A stretch of 64,000 nucleotides of DNA from Octopus vulgaris (taxonomy: Eukaryota). The DNA lies in NCBI GenBank assembly GCA_951406725.2, contig OX597824.1:31992001-32056000 (forward strand), read 5' to 3'. Under the pieces are notes generated by a model. The model ran no database searches, was not told the origin of the DNA, and was given only the letters and a program-made list of their open reading frames with translations. The translations under genes were made by a program, and so were the position numbers. Of the stretch, positions 42,501-53,282 are shown in pieces; the first letter of the stretch is position 1, and each line of letters starts with the position of its first letter.

Positions 42501-44594
42501 CTGTATGTGAGTGACATTCCTTTGCAACTGTTGCACAGTGTCAAAACAAAGAGACACCAGCACACACACACATGCACATATATGATGCACTTGTTTGAGT
42601 TTCTATCTACCAAATCTACTCACAAGACTTTGGTAGGCCCAGGGCTACAGTAGAAAGTACAGTGCCACAAAGCGGGACTGAACCTGAAACCATGTAGTTG
42701 GGAAACAAGCTTCTTAACCCTTTTGTTACTGTATTTATTTTGAGATGCTCTGTGTTTCTTTCAATTATTTTAAGTATAACAAAATATTTAGTAAAATAAC
42801 TTAGTTATCATTAAGCTAGTGTTAGGAACATAAATTGTGATGAAAGATTTTAATTCAGAACTTTTAAAAACAAGACATGTGTACTACAAAGCCAGAGCCG
42901 GTTTCAGCCGAGTTGGTAACAAAAGGGTTAAACATGCAGCCATGCCTGCACCCTGAGAATTTATGGAAACCAATTTGTAGATTTAGAATGCTTAAAATTA
43001 ATTTTAGTCTTTCATGTATGATTAAACAGAAAGATCAGACTTGAATGTATAAACCTATGACATCTGAAGAAAAGGATGGTTTGATTTGTTGAACGTTGTC
43101 TTTAAGTTTTACTTCTTTCTTGCAGTGATGAGTTAACTTTGGAAGGAATCAAACAGTTTTTTGTAGCTGTTGAAAGGGAAGAATGGAAATTTGACACTCT
43201 TTGTGATCTTTATGATACTCTTACTATAACCCAAGCTGTTATATTCTGCAACACTAAAAGAAAGGTAAATTACTTAATATTGTATTTATATTGAATTGTT
43301 ACTACTTTCTCACCAAATAGTTGTAAATTTTTGGTGTCATATAATAGGACCCATGCTGGTACTACACAAGAAGCTCTCATGCTGGTGCCGTGTAAAACAC
43401 ATCCAGGACACTCTGTAAAGTGGTGGTGTTAGAAAGGGCATCCAGCCGTAGAAACCAAGCCAAATCAGATTGGAACCTGGTGCAGCCCTCCTGCTTACCA
43501 GCTCTCTTCAAACCATCCAGATTGGAAAATGGATGATAAATGTAGTTTATAATACTCTTTTACTTGTTTCAGTCATTTGACTGCGGCCATGCTGGAGCAC
43601 CGCCTTTAATCGAGCAACTCGACCCCGGGACTTATTCTTTTGTAAGCCCAGTAGTTATTCTATCGGTCTTTTTTGCCGAACCGCTAAGTAACAGGGACAT
43701 AAACATGCCAGCATCGGTTGTCAAGCAATGCTAGGGGGACAAACACACTCACACAAACACACACATGCATATATACATATATACGACGGGCTTCTTTCAG
43801 TTTCCGTCTACCAAATCCACTCACAAGGCTTTGGTCGGCCCGAGGCTATAGTAGAAGACACTTGCCCAAGGTGCCACGCAGTGGGACTGAACCCGGGACT
43901 ATGTGGTTGGTAAACAAGCTACTTACCACACAGCCACTCCTGCGCCTATATTCAAAATTCTTTTACTTGTTTCAGTCATTGGACTCTGGCCATTCTGGAA
44001 CACTGCCTTGAAGGGATTAGTCAAACAAATCTAGTCCAGTACTTATTCTATCAGTCTCTTTTGCCAAACTACTAAGTTGCAAGAATGTAAAAAAAAAACC
44101 AGCACTGGTTGTCAAGTGGTGGGATCACAAACACAAGGACACACACATATATACATGAGTCTTCCACACAATTTCCATCTGTCAAATTCACAAGGCTTTG
44201 GTTGGCTCTGGGCTCTAGAAGACACTAACCAAGTTACTGTACAATGGGACTGAACTTGAAACCACATAGTTGCAAAGCAAACTCCTTAACCACACAGCCA
44301 TCCCTGCTTCCATATACTACCATATATAAACAAAACTGAATTCAATATATTAACAAAATAACATTTCAAAATTGAAATCTTTATCATGTCAGTAATATTA
44401 AGTTAGATATTGTTACAAATATTTCTATGAAAATATTTTGTTCTATTATCTATTAGGCATGGCTGTGTAGGAAGATGTTTGCCTCCCAACTAATATGGTT
44501 CAGGGTTCTGTGCCATTGTGCGGCACCTTGGGCAAGTGTCCGCTTGTATAGCCTCAGGTTGGTCAAAGCCTTGTGAGTGGATTTGGTAAATGTA

Positions 44595-44630
<36 letters not shown>

Positions 44631-47499
44631 AGGCGTCGAGCTGGCAGAAACGATAGCACGCCGGGCGAAATGCGTTGCCGTATTTCGTCTGCCGTTACGT
44701 TCTGAGTTCAAATTCCGCCGAGGTCGACTTTGCCTTTCATCCTTCCGGGGTCGATTAATTAAGTACCAGTTACACACTGGGGTCGATGTAATCAACTTAA
44801 TCCCTTTGTTTGTCTCCTCTGTGTTTAGCCCCTTGTGGGTAGTAAAGAAATATATGTGTGTGTATAATTAAAGGGGTACTGAAAAGTTCCTGGCTTTAAG
44901 GGTATTGTGAAAGATCTGGTTGGAGGCCCAGCCTCCAGAGTTCTTTTACCAGACTTAGAAAAACTGAAGAACCACTGCAATAAGTGTGTGAATCTGTGAG
45001 GGGAATATTTTGAGTAAAATCATAATTAAACTGATCCTCCTGTATCTTCATTTACCCAAAGCCAGAAACTTTTCACACACCCCCTTGTATGTGTGTGCGT
45101 GTCTGTCCTCATAACTTAGCAGCTTGGCAAAGGAGACTGATAAAATAAGTACCTGGCTTTAAAAAAAGTATTGGAATCAGTTCATTCAACTAAAAAAATC
45201 TTCAAGGCAATGCCCCAGCATGGCTGCAGTTTAATGATTGAACCAAGTAAAAGATAATTCCAACATCTTTTTTTTTCTTTTAACTCTTTTGTGAGTCTAC
45301 TCCAACAAGAATATTCTGGCCATTATGGTTCAGTTAATTTTCAAAATAAAAACAGAAATTGGGGGATCTTACATAATATAACTGCAACTTTGTATATGTT
45401 GTAACATATTAAGATAAAGCAGTGAGCTGGCAGATTCATTACCATGTTCAGTGAAATGCTTAGCTCTTTACAGTCTGAGTTCAAATTCCATGGAAGCCAA
45501 CTTTCATCCCTTCAGGGTTGATAAAATAAAGTACCAAGTATTGGGGTTGATGTAATTATATCTAATTAGGCTATGTTTAGGTTGCTCCTGTTATACCGCA
45601 AACATAGTACAATAGAGTTGTTTGGAACCCAATTGCCCCTCCTCTCAAAATTACTGCTTGAGGAGACCTTTTGAGTCAAGTATATCAACATAAAGAAATC
45701 AAATGGAAATTGTAGTTGTGATACCTGTGCCGGTGGCACGTAAAAAGCACCATCCGAACGTGACCGATGCCAGCGCCACTTTGATCGTGGCCGTTGCCAG
45801 CCCCCCCTGGCTCCTGTGCCGATGGCACGTAAAAAGCACCCACTACACTCACGGAGTGGTTGGTGTTAGGAAGGGCATCTTGCTGTAGAAACACTGCCAG
45901 ATCAGACTGGAGCCTGGTGAAGCCTCCTGGTTTCCCAGACCCTGGTCGAACTGTCCAACACATGCTAGCATGGAAAACAGACATTAAACGATGATGATGA
46001 ACTTTACAACAGACTGGTGCCCTGTTCAGAATGTTGTGATCTCAGTTATTTAGACCTCATGGAAACTGGGTAACTGGCCTTATGAGGCTCGTGGAAAAAA
46101 TTGTTAACCCTCTTAGACCTGGACCCTTGTATCTAACTTCACCTGAGCAAAAAAAATTAATAATTGCTTACACTGGACACCTGAGCAAAAAAATTCATAA
46201 TTGCATACACTGCTCAAGAGTAACGGTTATAGTCAAACAAATGGACAGATTCACAAAAAAATTCAGGAGTATAACAATAATAGGCTTATCTCTCAACAAC
46301 CATATTTATTCACTCGAATCATTACTTTCCTCATCTCTGTCATCAGTTTGATTGTTTAAATCACTCTCATTGCCTGCATAAGGGTAAACTTTTTGTCCAA
46401 AGAATAAATATCTTCAATAATTTACTCAACAGTAAAGGCCTTGTTTGTTTACCGGACAAAGTGCTGGGTTCCATTACATGCTTGTTTCATCATGAAATAA
46501 TTGCATTTTAAATTTTTACTGCAAACGAAAATAAACAACAGCTATGGGGGACGTCGTTAAGAATGAGTCGTTAAAAACACTTGACTACAAAGCTGCAATG
46601 TGATTGGTTGTCTATTTTAAGTATTTTATCTATTTTCTATGTATGTTGTTCATTACTACTTTAACAGGAATCTAGTAGAGATTACATTTAAGCTATTCCT
46701 GCTATGCTGGGAACTCAGTATGATAAGGTTAACATAGTTGTTTGGGTCTCAAATTAAAGCAAGTTCAGTAGTTACTTACTGAAATCTATTATCATTTAGT
46801 TTCTTTATTATTAAAGTTTTGACCAAAAGCAACAACTTTTCATGTCGAATAAGATGAAACCCTAAATGAAAAATAACTTGTGGAACAAAGATAATTTCAT
46901 TAAGATTGGAGTTAAGGATTTTAAGTACCGTTTTCTGATTTTAGCTCAATGTATTATATTTGGATTAATTTTCAGGTTGACTGGTTAACTGAGAAAATGA
47001 GAGAAGCCAATTTCACAGTTTCCTCAATGCACGGTGACATGCAACAAAAAGACAGAGACGACATTATGAAGGAATTTCGTTCAGGAGCTAGGTAAGTCTT
47101 TGATTGGAAATGTTTTCTGATCTGCTACAATCAAGAAAAAAAATATTTCTTAGACTGCAGATGAAGACACTTGCCCAAGGTGCATTGAGATGGAGCTTGA
47201 GACCATATAGCTACTAAGCAAACTCTATACCCGCACAGCCAATCCTGTACTTTCGTTAGTACAGAGTGAATGAAATTGTTTTAAGTCTGTACAATGTACA
47301 CTAACAATTGTATCATATCTGCAGATTTCATCCGAAATTATGCAATAGTCATGTTTTTCTATGATCTTCACACTGAATAGGTGCAGATGTGGCCATAAAC
47401 CACTGTGTGACACCTTTGGCAAGTGTCTTCTACCATAGCCTTTGACCAGCCAATGCCTTGTGAGTTGATTTGGTAGATGGAAACTGAAAGAAGCCTATC

Positions 47500-47536
<37 letters not shown>

Positions 47537-50500
47537 GGAGGTGTAATGGCCCAGTGGTTAGGGCAGCGAACTCGCAGTTGGAGGATCGCGGTTTCGATTC
47601 CCAGTGTGCGTTTATTGAGCGAAAACACCTAAAAGCTCTACGAGGCTCCGGCAGGGGGTGGTGGCGACCCCTGTTGTACTCTTTCACCACAACTTTCTCT
47701 CACTCTCTCTTCCTGTTTCTTGAATAATGCCGCAATGGACTGGCGTCCTGTCCAGCTGGGGGAGACACATAGGCCACAGAAACCGGCACATGAGCCTGGC
47801 TAGGCTTGAAAAGGGCGATGTTTATCATATTTTATTTATATATGTATAATGTGTGTCTGTGTCTGTCTGCTACCACCACTTGACAACTGATGTTGGTGTG
47901 TTTACCTCACCATAACTTGGCTTTTCAGTGAGAGAGGCTGATGACATGAGTACCAGACTGGGGTCAATTCATTTGACTAAAAGTTCTTTGAGCTGGTGCC
48001 CCAGCTTGGCGGCACCGCCAAATGACCAAAACAAGTAAAAGAAGATAAAAGAATTAGTTACAGTCTATCATTGAAATCTAGTTTCTGTCAAGAACGGGAG
48101 ATTTAAGGTGAGCTGGCAGAAACGTTAGCACACTGAGCGAAATGCTTAGCGGTATTTTGTCTGCTGTTATGTTCTGAGTTCAAATTTCGCTGCGGTCAAC
48201 TTTGCCTTTCGTCCTTTCAGGGTCGATAAATTAAGTACCAGTTACGCACTGGGGTCGATGTAATCGATTTAATACCTTTGTCTGTCCTTGTTTGTCCCCT
48301 CTATGATTAGCCCCCTGTGGGCAATAAAGAAATAAGAATGGGAGATTTATACATGGAAACTACTCCAAGAATTTAAGAGTTGCTCGTGTTTTTGTATTTA
48401 TTGGAAAATAGTTTTGTTGATTTTTTTTTTTTGACAATGAGTTTTTAACTGTTTTTTCTTTTTTTTTTTATTATTAGTCGTGTTCTCATAACAACAGATG
48501 TGTGGGCCCGAGGTATTGATGTCCAACAGGTATCACTCGTAATAAACTATGATTTACCAAACAATCGTGAATTGTATATACACAGGTAACTCTATCAACT
48601 GTAATGCTTATTTGTTCACATTGTTTTGAATTAATCATGCATCATTATCTTGTAGTTTCGAGATATTGATGATGCATTTGTTTATTTTTGGAATGACATT
48701 GATGAGCAATTGTGAGAGGCTTGATCTGGTCATTTGAACGCAAAACCAGTAGAATATTTGGGTCTGATGTGGCCAGTTTAAGTGTCAAAGGATTAATACA
48801 TTTCCATAACAGAAGCTACTCAAAAAATTGCATACTGTATTCTGATAGCTAACACTCCTTAATTTTAGACAACAATAGTTAATAGTCTATCAATATGTAC
48901 ATGTGTGCATGCTGATATGCAGATATATGTGCATATTCCTGTGCACTTTATGTGGAATGAAATGATTAGGTGCAGCTGTTTGGCATGTTTAACTGGACAT
49001 TGAAACTATTTTGGTAACACTGGAAGCAAAAATACATGCATGCACACACACACACACACACACACTCTCTCTCTCTCTCGAAGGGCTGAAATAAATGTAA
49101 ATATTGGAAAGCCTTAGCTGTGAGAGAAAATCATAAAATTGTAAACATATTCCTTCTGTTCTTTTAATGCATTCATCAAAAACACAGAAGGAATGTCTCT
49201 ATATTGTCGGCTGCTCCTCAAAAATGTATCTCAATTTCTTTCTCCAGTCAGCAGCTAAAATCATACTGTTACCATAATTAATAGCTTAATTTGCATATTT
49301 GCACTTCTGACAGATTGTTAATAATGAAATATTGTTTAATTAATGTAACAACATATTAAGTTATAATAAGGATTGTGGAACTGTAATCTTCCCATTAATA
49401 GTCCAGATTCTGCCTTTTGTAGTCTCCACCCCTACCCCCAAATGTTATGCCTGCTGGTTGACCATCTTTTACAAAAATAAATATTTCAGTTCCTATCTTT
49501 TGTTGGGAAATTAGTTTGGTCTGTTGTGTTTGAATCTAGTCACTATCTTGATAGAGACATCTTAAGAGGATGTTTTCCTTTGTGGTTTAGTACATATATA
49601 AAAATATATGTACTAGCAAACACACCCGTCCTATGAATGGTTTAACATATAAATAAATAATAAATCAAAAATATGTGAAAACAACTAAAAATATTCTGTA
49701 ATGCAAATATATGACCATATAGATAAAAAAAAAGCATGGAAAACGGTCTAAATAGAGAAAATCCTTTCACTTTTCTAATATTCTCTAACCAAAACCCTCA
49801 AACAATATACACATATAAAAAAATATAGAAAGTAATAATACACAGTTACATATAAATAATAAATAAAAAAAGTAAAAACCACCCAAAAATATCCTCTAAT
49901 GCCAAAATACTACCATATAGATTATAAAAGTATAGGAGACCCTACATACAAAATAAACTATGTACATACAATGAATTAAAGAAAAACCCATGTAAACCAC
50001 CATTTTTCCCTGTTTGTCCATTTACGCAGGAGCTCTGGGCAAAATGTTATAGTGCATGACCAACCTTGACACATAAGTAATGTGCATGTAAAGTTTGGTG
50101 AAAATCGGTTGAGAATTGTGGAAATGTATATGTTAGTCAATAAACATACACATACTGTGATTTATATATACTAGATTACGTATTCCTCATTTCTATAACT
50201 CCTGTGTCAGTCTGTTAAGGGTTGTCCTACCTACAACTTGTTCTGTATTGAATTTTTCATAACAGTATTTAAATAGATAAAACATTGATGAGAACTAGTG
50301 TTCTGGTGTTGACAAAGAGGGACTTGACTATTTATATTCCATTAGTTTCATATAGCCAAGAACTGAATTTTTCTTTACTTTTTAGTAACATGTATCACCC
50401 ATCAAGTTCATAAGTCCAACAAATTGATAATCACTATCATCACGTTAGCACTTATTTGTCTATGACAGCTCGGCTTATATGTGTACATCTCTGTAACACA

Positions 50501-52389
50501 CATTCCTTGTAAGTTGGTCTGAATTAATTTCTACTGTTAATTTACTGTGCATTTCTAGGATTGGACGTTCTGGTAGATTTGGGCGAAAAGGTGTTGCCAT
50601 CAACTTTGTGAAAAATGATGATATCCGTATCTTGCGAGATATAGAACAGTACTATTCTACTCAGATAGATGAAATGCCAATGAATGGTAAGATTTTTTTT
50701 CTTTTCTTTTTGTTTTTTCTTCCTATTTTAATCTAGTCTGATATTGAAAGCTTTAGTGAGTATTTGGTAGAACTTATAAAGTGTTGATTTAACTATCAGC
50801 TCTTTGTCTTAGAGAAGGTGCATGTGGCCTGGTGGTTAGGGTGTTGCACTCATGATTGCAGTATCATGGTTTCGATCTCTGGACCAGGCAATGCATTGTG
50901 TTCTTGAGTAAAACACTTCATTTCATATTGCTCCAGTCCACTCAGCTGTGAATGAAAAACCATGATGGACTGGTGTCCCATTCTAGGGAAATCCTATGAT
51001 CTTGATCACTTATACACTACATCAACATTTACCTTGTAACTCATGTCTCTAGTTTCCTTTGATCAAATCCCATTACATTTTATCTTCATGTGGTTAGTAA
51101 AATAAGAATAGTTCAAGATTATTTTAATTTTCAATAGAGTTTCCCCAGTAATTGTCATCTTAAACCAAAAGTCAAGATCATTATCCATCGTCTTTAATTA
51201 ATAGTTTTGATAAAATATTTGTTTAGCACTTGAACATGTTTATTAAGACTTTACATGAATATATTTTATTCAACACTGCTGCATGCAACAATATTTAAGT
51301 AATTCTAGTTTGACCAAGCTTTACACCAGTGAACATACCATGTGCTGTTCTACTCACCATGTAAAGAGCAATCCACGTAAAATGCACCTGTGCTAGCGTC
51401 ACATAAATAGCACCTAGTACACTCTGGTGTTAGGAAGAAAATTTTCTTTTGAGACTATTTCCAGTGGTAGGTCTTCTCATGTTTGAATGTACTCAAATGT
51501 GTTAAATATGACTTGACACAAATATATTTCATTCAAAACTGCTTTATGTAATTTTGATCATTTTAAAACTTTTCTTTTCCCATGTTTTTATTTAATATCA
51601 TTTTCATTTATGACCATAAATCAGTATAGCAATAAAATGAATAAAGACACAAGGTTTATCTTGATGTTTGATCAGTTGAGACCTTGTCATTTGGGAGGCT
51701 TGACATATCATTGCTGTTGGATTGTTCTAGAGTATACTATGTTGTATTATTTATATTTTAGAAAAAAATCTATTAAACATGAGAATAATAAATATGCAGG
51801 AGTGGCTGTGTGGTAAGTAGCTTGCTAACCAACCACATGGTTCCGGGTTCAGTCCCACTGCGTGGCATCTTGGGCAAGTGTCTTCTGCTATAGCCCCGGG
51901 CCGACCAATGCCTTGTGAGTGGATTTGGTAGACAGAAACTGAAAGAAGCCTGTCGTATATATGTATATATATAAGTGTGTGTGTATGTGTTTGTGTGACT
52001 GTTTGATTGACAACCGATGCTGGTGTGTTTACGTCCCCGTCACTTAGCAGTTCGGCAAAAGAGACCGATAGAATAAGTACTGGGCTTACAAAGAATAAGT
52101 CCCGGGGTCGATTTGCTCGACTAAAGGCGGTACTCCAGCATGGCCGCAGTCAGATGACTGAAACAAGTAAAAGAGTAAAGAGTATATTGTTTAACATCCA
52201 CCTTCCATGCTTATCTGTTAAAACATACAATGGTAGGTAACTCATAACCCATATCTAAAAAGGTAAGTTTAAATATTGATGCGAGTTTCAAACTAATATA
52301 ATTTGTTAGATGTATTTGTGAATAATTGTCATAAACAAGTATTAAAATGGTTTCTCTTTCTCTCTTTTACAGTGGCTGATCTTATCTGA
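28838..52389 (+). CDS. EIF4A3: Eukaryotic initiation factor 4A-III (EJC core DEAD-box RNA helicase), 10 coding exons, 1200 nt, 399 aa
   Basis: Manually spliced exons 28838-28970, 35164-35236, 36982-37111, 39416-39548, 39809-40031, 43126-43264, 46976-47091, 48478-48585, 50559-50686, 52373-52389. All introns are GT-AG and the phases are consistent. Motifs seen: Q motif [56 protein letters not shown]. The N-terminal EFETSE and C-terminal EMPMNVADLI are typical of eIF4A3 rather than eIF4A1/2. Confidence 0.97.
30085..30295 (-). mobile_element. RTE/BovB-type LINE 3' end
   Basis: C-terminal C2H2 motif [22 protein letters not shown] followed by a short tail. Confidence 0.7.
30630..30942. repeat. Imperfect tandem duplication (~170 bp unit), CpG-containing
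   Basis: tgtgaattttccgag..cctttcgcgagcgcgcat(T)n..tattcgtttagag..gcccgggtca occurs twice. Confidence 0.8.
31519..31910. mobile_element. MITE family M1 (eIF4A3 intron 1)
   Basis: TIRs; TSD aaatcttt/aaattttt (7 of 8 match). Confidence 0.9.
32137..32465. repeat. Compound (TG)/(TA) microsatellite
   Basis: Seen directly. Confidence 0.9.
33083..33550 (+). mobile_element. Tandem Penelope-like terminal repeats, each with a minimal hammerhead-like motif
   Basis: Two ~205-bp direct copies (33083-33290 and 33345-33550). Confidence 0.65.
35164..35236 (+). CDS. EIF4A3: eIF4A3 exon 2 ([25 protein letters not shown])
   Basis: tttacag acceptor, gtaagt donor; Q motif. Confidence 0.95.
36982..37111 (+). 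CDS. EIF4A3: eIF4A3 exon 3 (AQSGTGKT...[11 protein letters not shown])
   Basis: ttacag acceptor, gtaagg donor; motifs I and Ia. Confidence 0.96.
37483..37810 (-). mobile_element. SINE family C
   Basis: Homology to the other copies; (cat)n tail on the + strand. Confidence 0.75.
37810..39130 (-). mobile_element. RTE-clade LINE 3' half, interrupted by a SINE C (38400-38613)
   Basis: [73 protein letters not shown]. Confidence 0.88.
39416..39548 (+). CDS. EIF4A3: eIF4A3 exon 4 ([11 protein letters not shown]...SGTPGRVF)
   Basis: poly-T ccag acceptor, gtaagt donor; GG doublet and TPGR. Confidence 0.96.
39809..40031 (+). CDS. EIF4A3: eIF4A3 exon 5 ([11 protein letters not shown]...DESD...SAT...ILVKR)
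   Basis: poly-T ccag acceptor, gtaagg donor; motifs II and III. Confidence 0.96.
40340..40993 (+). mobile_element. Long copy of SINE/repeat family C
   Basis: Several gtggcac(a/g)taaaaagcacc subrepeats and a (gat)n tail. Confidence 0.75.
41435..41665 (+). mobile_element. SINE family B
   Basis: Full-length homology to the 24431 copy. Confidence 0.85.
42718..42927. mobile_element. piggyBac-like MITE
   Basis: TTAA|cccttttgttac...gtaacaaaaggg|TTAA; inserted in a SINE A; second copy at 57870-58089. Confidence 0.85.
43126..43264 (+). CDS. EIF4A3: eIF4A3 exon 6 ([12 protein letters not shown]...VIFCNTKRK)
   Basis: ttgcag acceptor, gtaaat donor; motif IV. Confidence 0.96.
43553..43946 (-). mobile_element. 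SINE family A, full length
   Basis: Homology to the 21823 copy. Confidence 0.85.
44630..44850 (+). mobile_element. SINE family B inserted in the microsatellite of a SINE A
   Basis: SINE A head at 44456 and its tail resuming near 45090. Confidence 0.8.
44870..45088. mobile_element. Mariner-derived MITE
   Basis: TIRs aaggggtactgaaaagttcctggcttt / aaagccagaaacttttcacacaccccctt. Confidence 0.7.
45650..45998 (+). mobile_element. SINE family C
   Basis: Homology and (gat)n tail. Confidence 0.78.
46976..47091 (+). CDS. EIF4A3: eIF4A3 exon 7 ([13 protein letters not shown]...EFRSGAS)
   Basis: tttcag acceptor, gtaagt donor; HGDM motif. Confidence 0.96.
47535..47817 (+). mobile_element. tRNA-derived SINE family D nested in a SINE A microsatellite
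   Basis: tggcccagtggttagg A box and ggtttcgattccc B box. Confidence 0.8.
48105..48335 (+). mobile_element. SINE family B
   Basis: Full-length homology; flanks aagaacgggagattta / aagaatgggagattta resemble a long TSD. Confidence 0.85.
48478..48585 (+). CDS. EIF4A3: eIF4A3 exon 8 ([15 protein letters not shown]...ELYIHR)
   Basis: poly-T tag acceptor, gtaact donor; motif V. Confidence 0.96.
49613..50175 (-). mobile_element. Non-autonomous Helitron-like element
   Basis: Minus strand TCTAGTATATATAAA...hairpin...CTAG. Confidence 0.6.
50559..50686 (+). CDS. EIF4A3: eIF4A3 exon 9 ([11 protein letters not shown]...DEMPMN)
   Basis: ttctag acceptor, gtaaga donor; motif VI. Confidence 0.96.
51796..52183 (+). 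mobile_element. SINE family A (eIF4A3 last intron)
   Basis: Full-length homology. Confidence 0.85.
52373..52389 (+). CDS. EIF4A3: eIF4A3 terminal coding exon (VADLI*)
   Basis: Strong pyrimidine tract plus acag acceptor; restores the conserved MNVADLI C-terminus; TGA at 52387-52389. Confidence 0.93.
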
Positions 52390-52542
52390 TCAATTTCCAA
52401 CATTACTTCAGTAACTGGACATTTCATACATCTTTTCTTCATTATGAACACAAGAAGTTTTTTTTTTTTCCAAACATATGCTTTGTATTTTTAATGTTAA
52501 TTTCTATTCACTTCATTGTAAAAACATTTCTCTCTAAATCTC

Positions 52543-52548
52543 AATAAA
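52543..52548 (+). terminator. Putative eIF4A3 polyadenylation signal AATAAA
   Basis: First AATAAA, about 150 nt after the stop, followed by TG/T-rich sequence. Confidence 0.6.
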
Positions 52549-52959
52549 ATATTCAAAACAATATTTCTGTATATGTTGTATTTTTGCCTGTTAAACAATA
52601 TTTTAAAAAATGCACCCTTTTAAAGCCTAGCCAGGCTCATGGGCCTGGTTTCAATGGCGTGTGTGTTCCCCAGCTAGACGGGACGCCAGTCCATCACAAC
52701 GTTACTCATTTTTGCCAGCTGAGTGGACTGGAGCAATGTGAAATGAAGTGTTTTGCTCCAGAACACTACGCGTTGCCTGGTCCAGGAATCGAAACCACAA
52801 TCTTACGATCATGATGCTGACACCCTAACCACTAATCCACGTTAAACAATATAGTAATTAATTATTGATACAGAACTCTTTAAAATATTTTAAACCACAG
52901 TTGCTAAATAATTAGTTAGTTCCTGTAGATGTGGGAAGAAGTGCTTTAAAGCTCTGTAT

Positions 52960-53122
52960 CAGCTGTTCTCAACATGCAGTCCCCATCAGTCTTACCTCTA
53001 TAAATATAAATTTTTCTTCAATTGACTTGCATTTTACTATTTTTTGGGGGTGCCCCCCACCAAAAGAAATAAAATCCAGGTTTTAGATCTGGCCCAAATA
53101 TTAAAAAGGTTGAGAATTACTG
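52960..53122. mobile_element. hAT/Charlie-like MITE
   Basis: cagctgttctcaac ... gttgagaattactg termini. Confidence 0.55.
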
Positions 53123-53282
53123 CTCTCTGTTCTTAATGTTATCAGAAAATGAATCAAGTACTAGTTTCCAGTTTGTAGACAGCAAATAGAGTAATATTTA
53201 GCTGTCTGTCCAGTGGAGTGTATTAAGTGAAAAGTTTATTTAATTTTGGTTAAATAGGCATAGGAGTGGCTGTGTGGTAAGT

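Noticed and set aside
47535-47610. tRNA-like sequence with A and B boxes
   Set aside because: Continues into a SINE body repeated elsewhere; no complete cloverleaf. It is a SINE head, not a tRNA gene.
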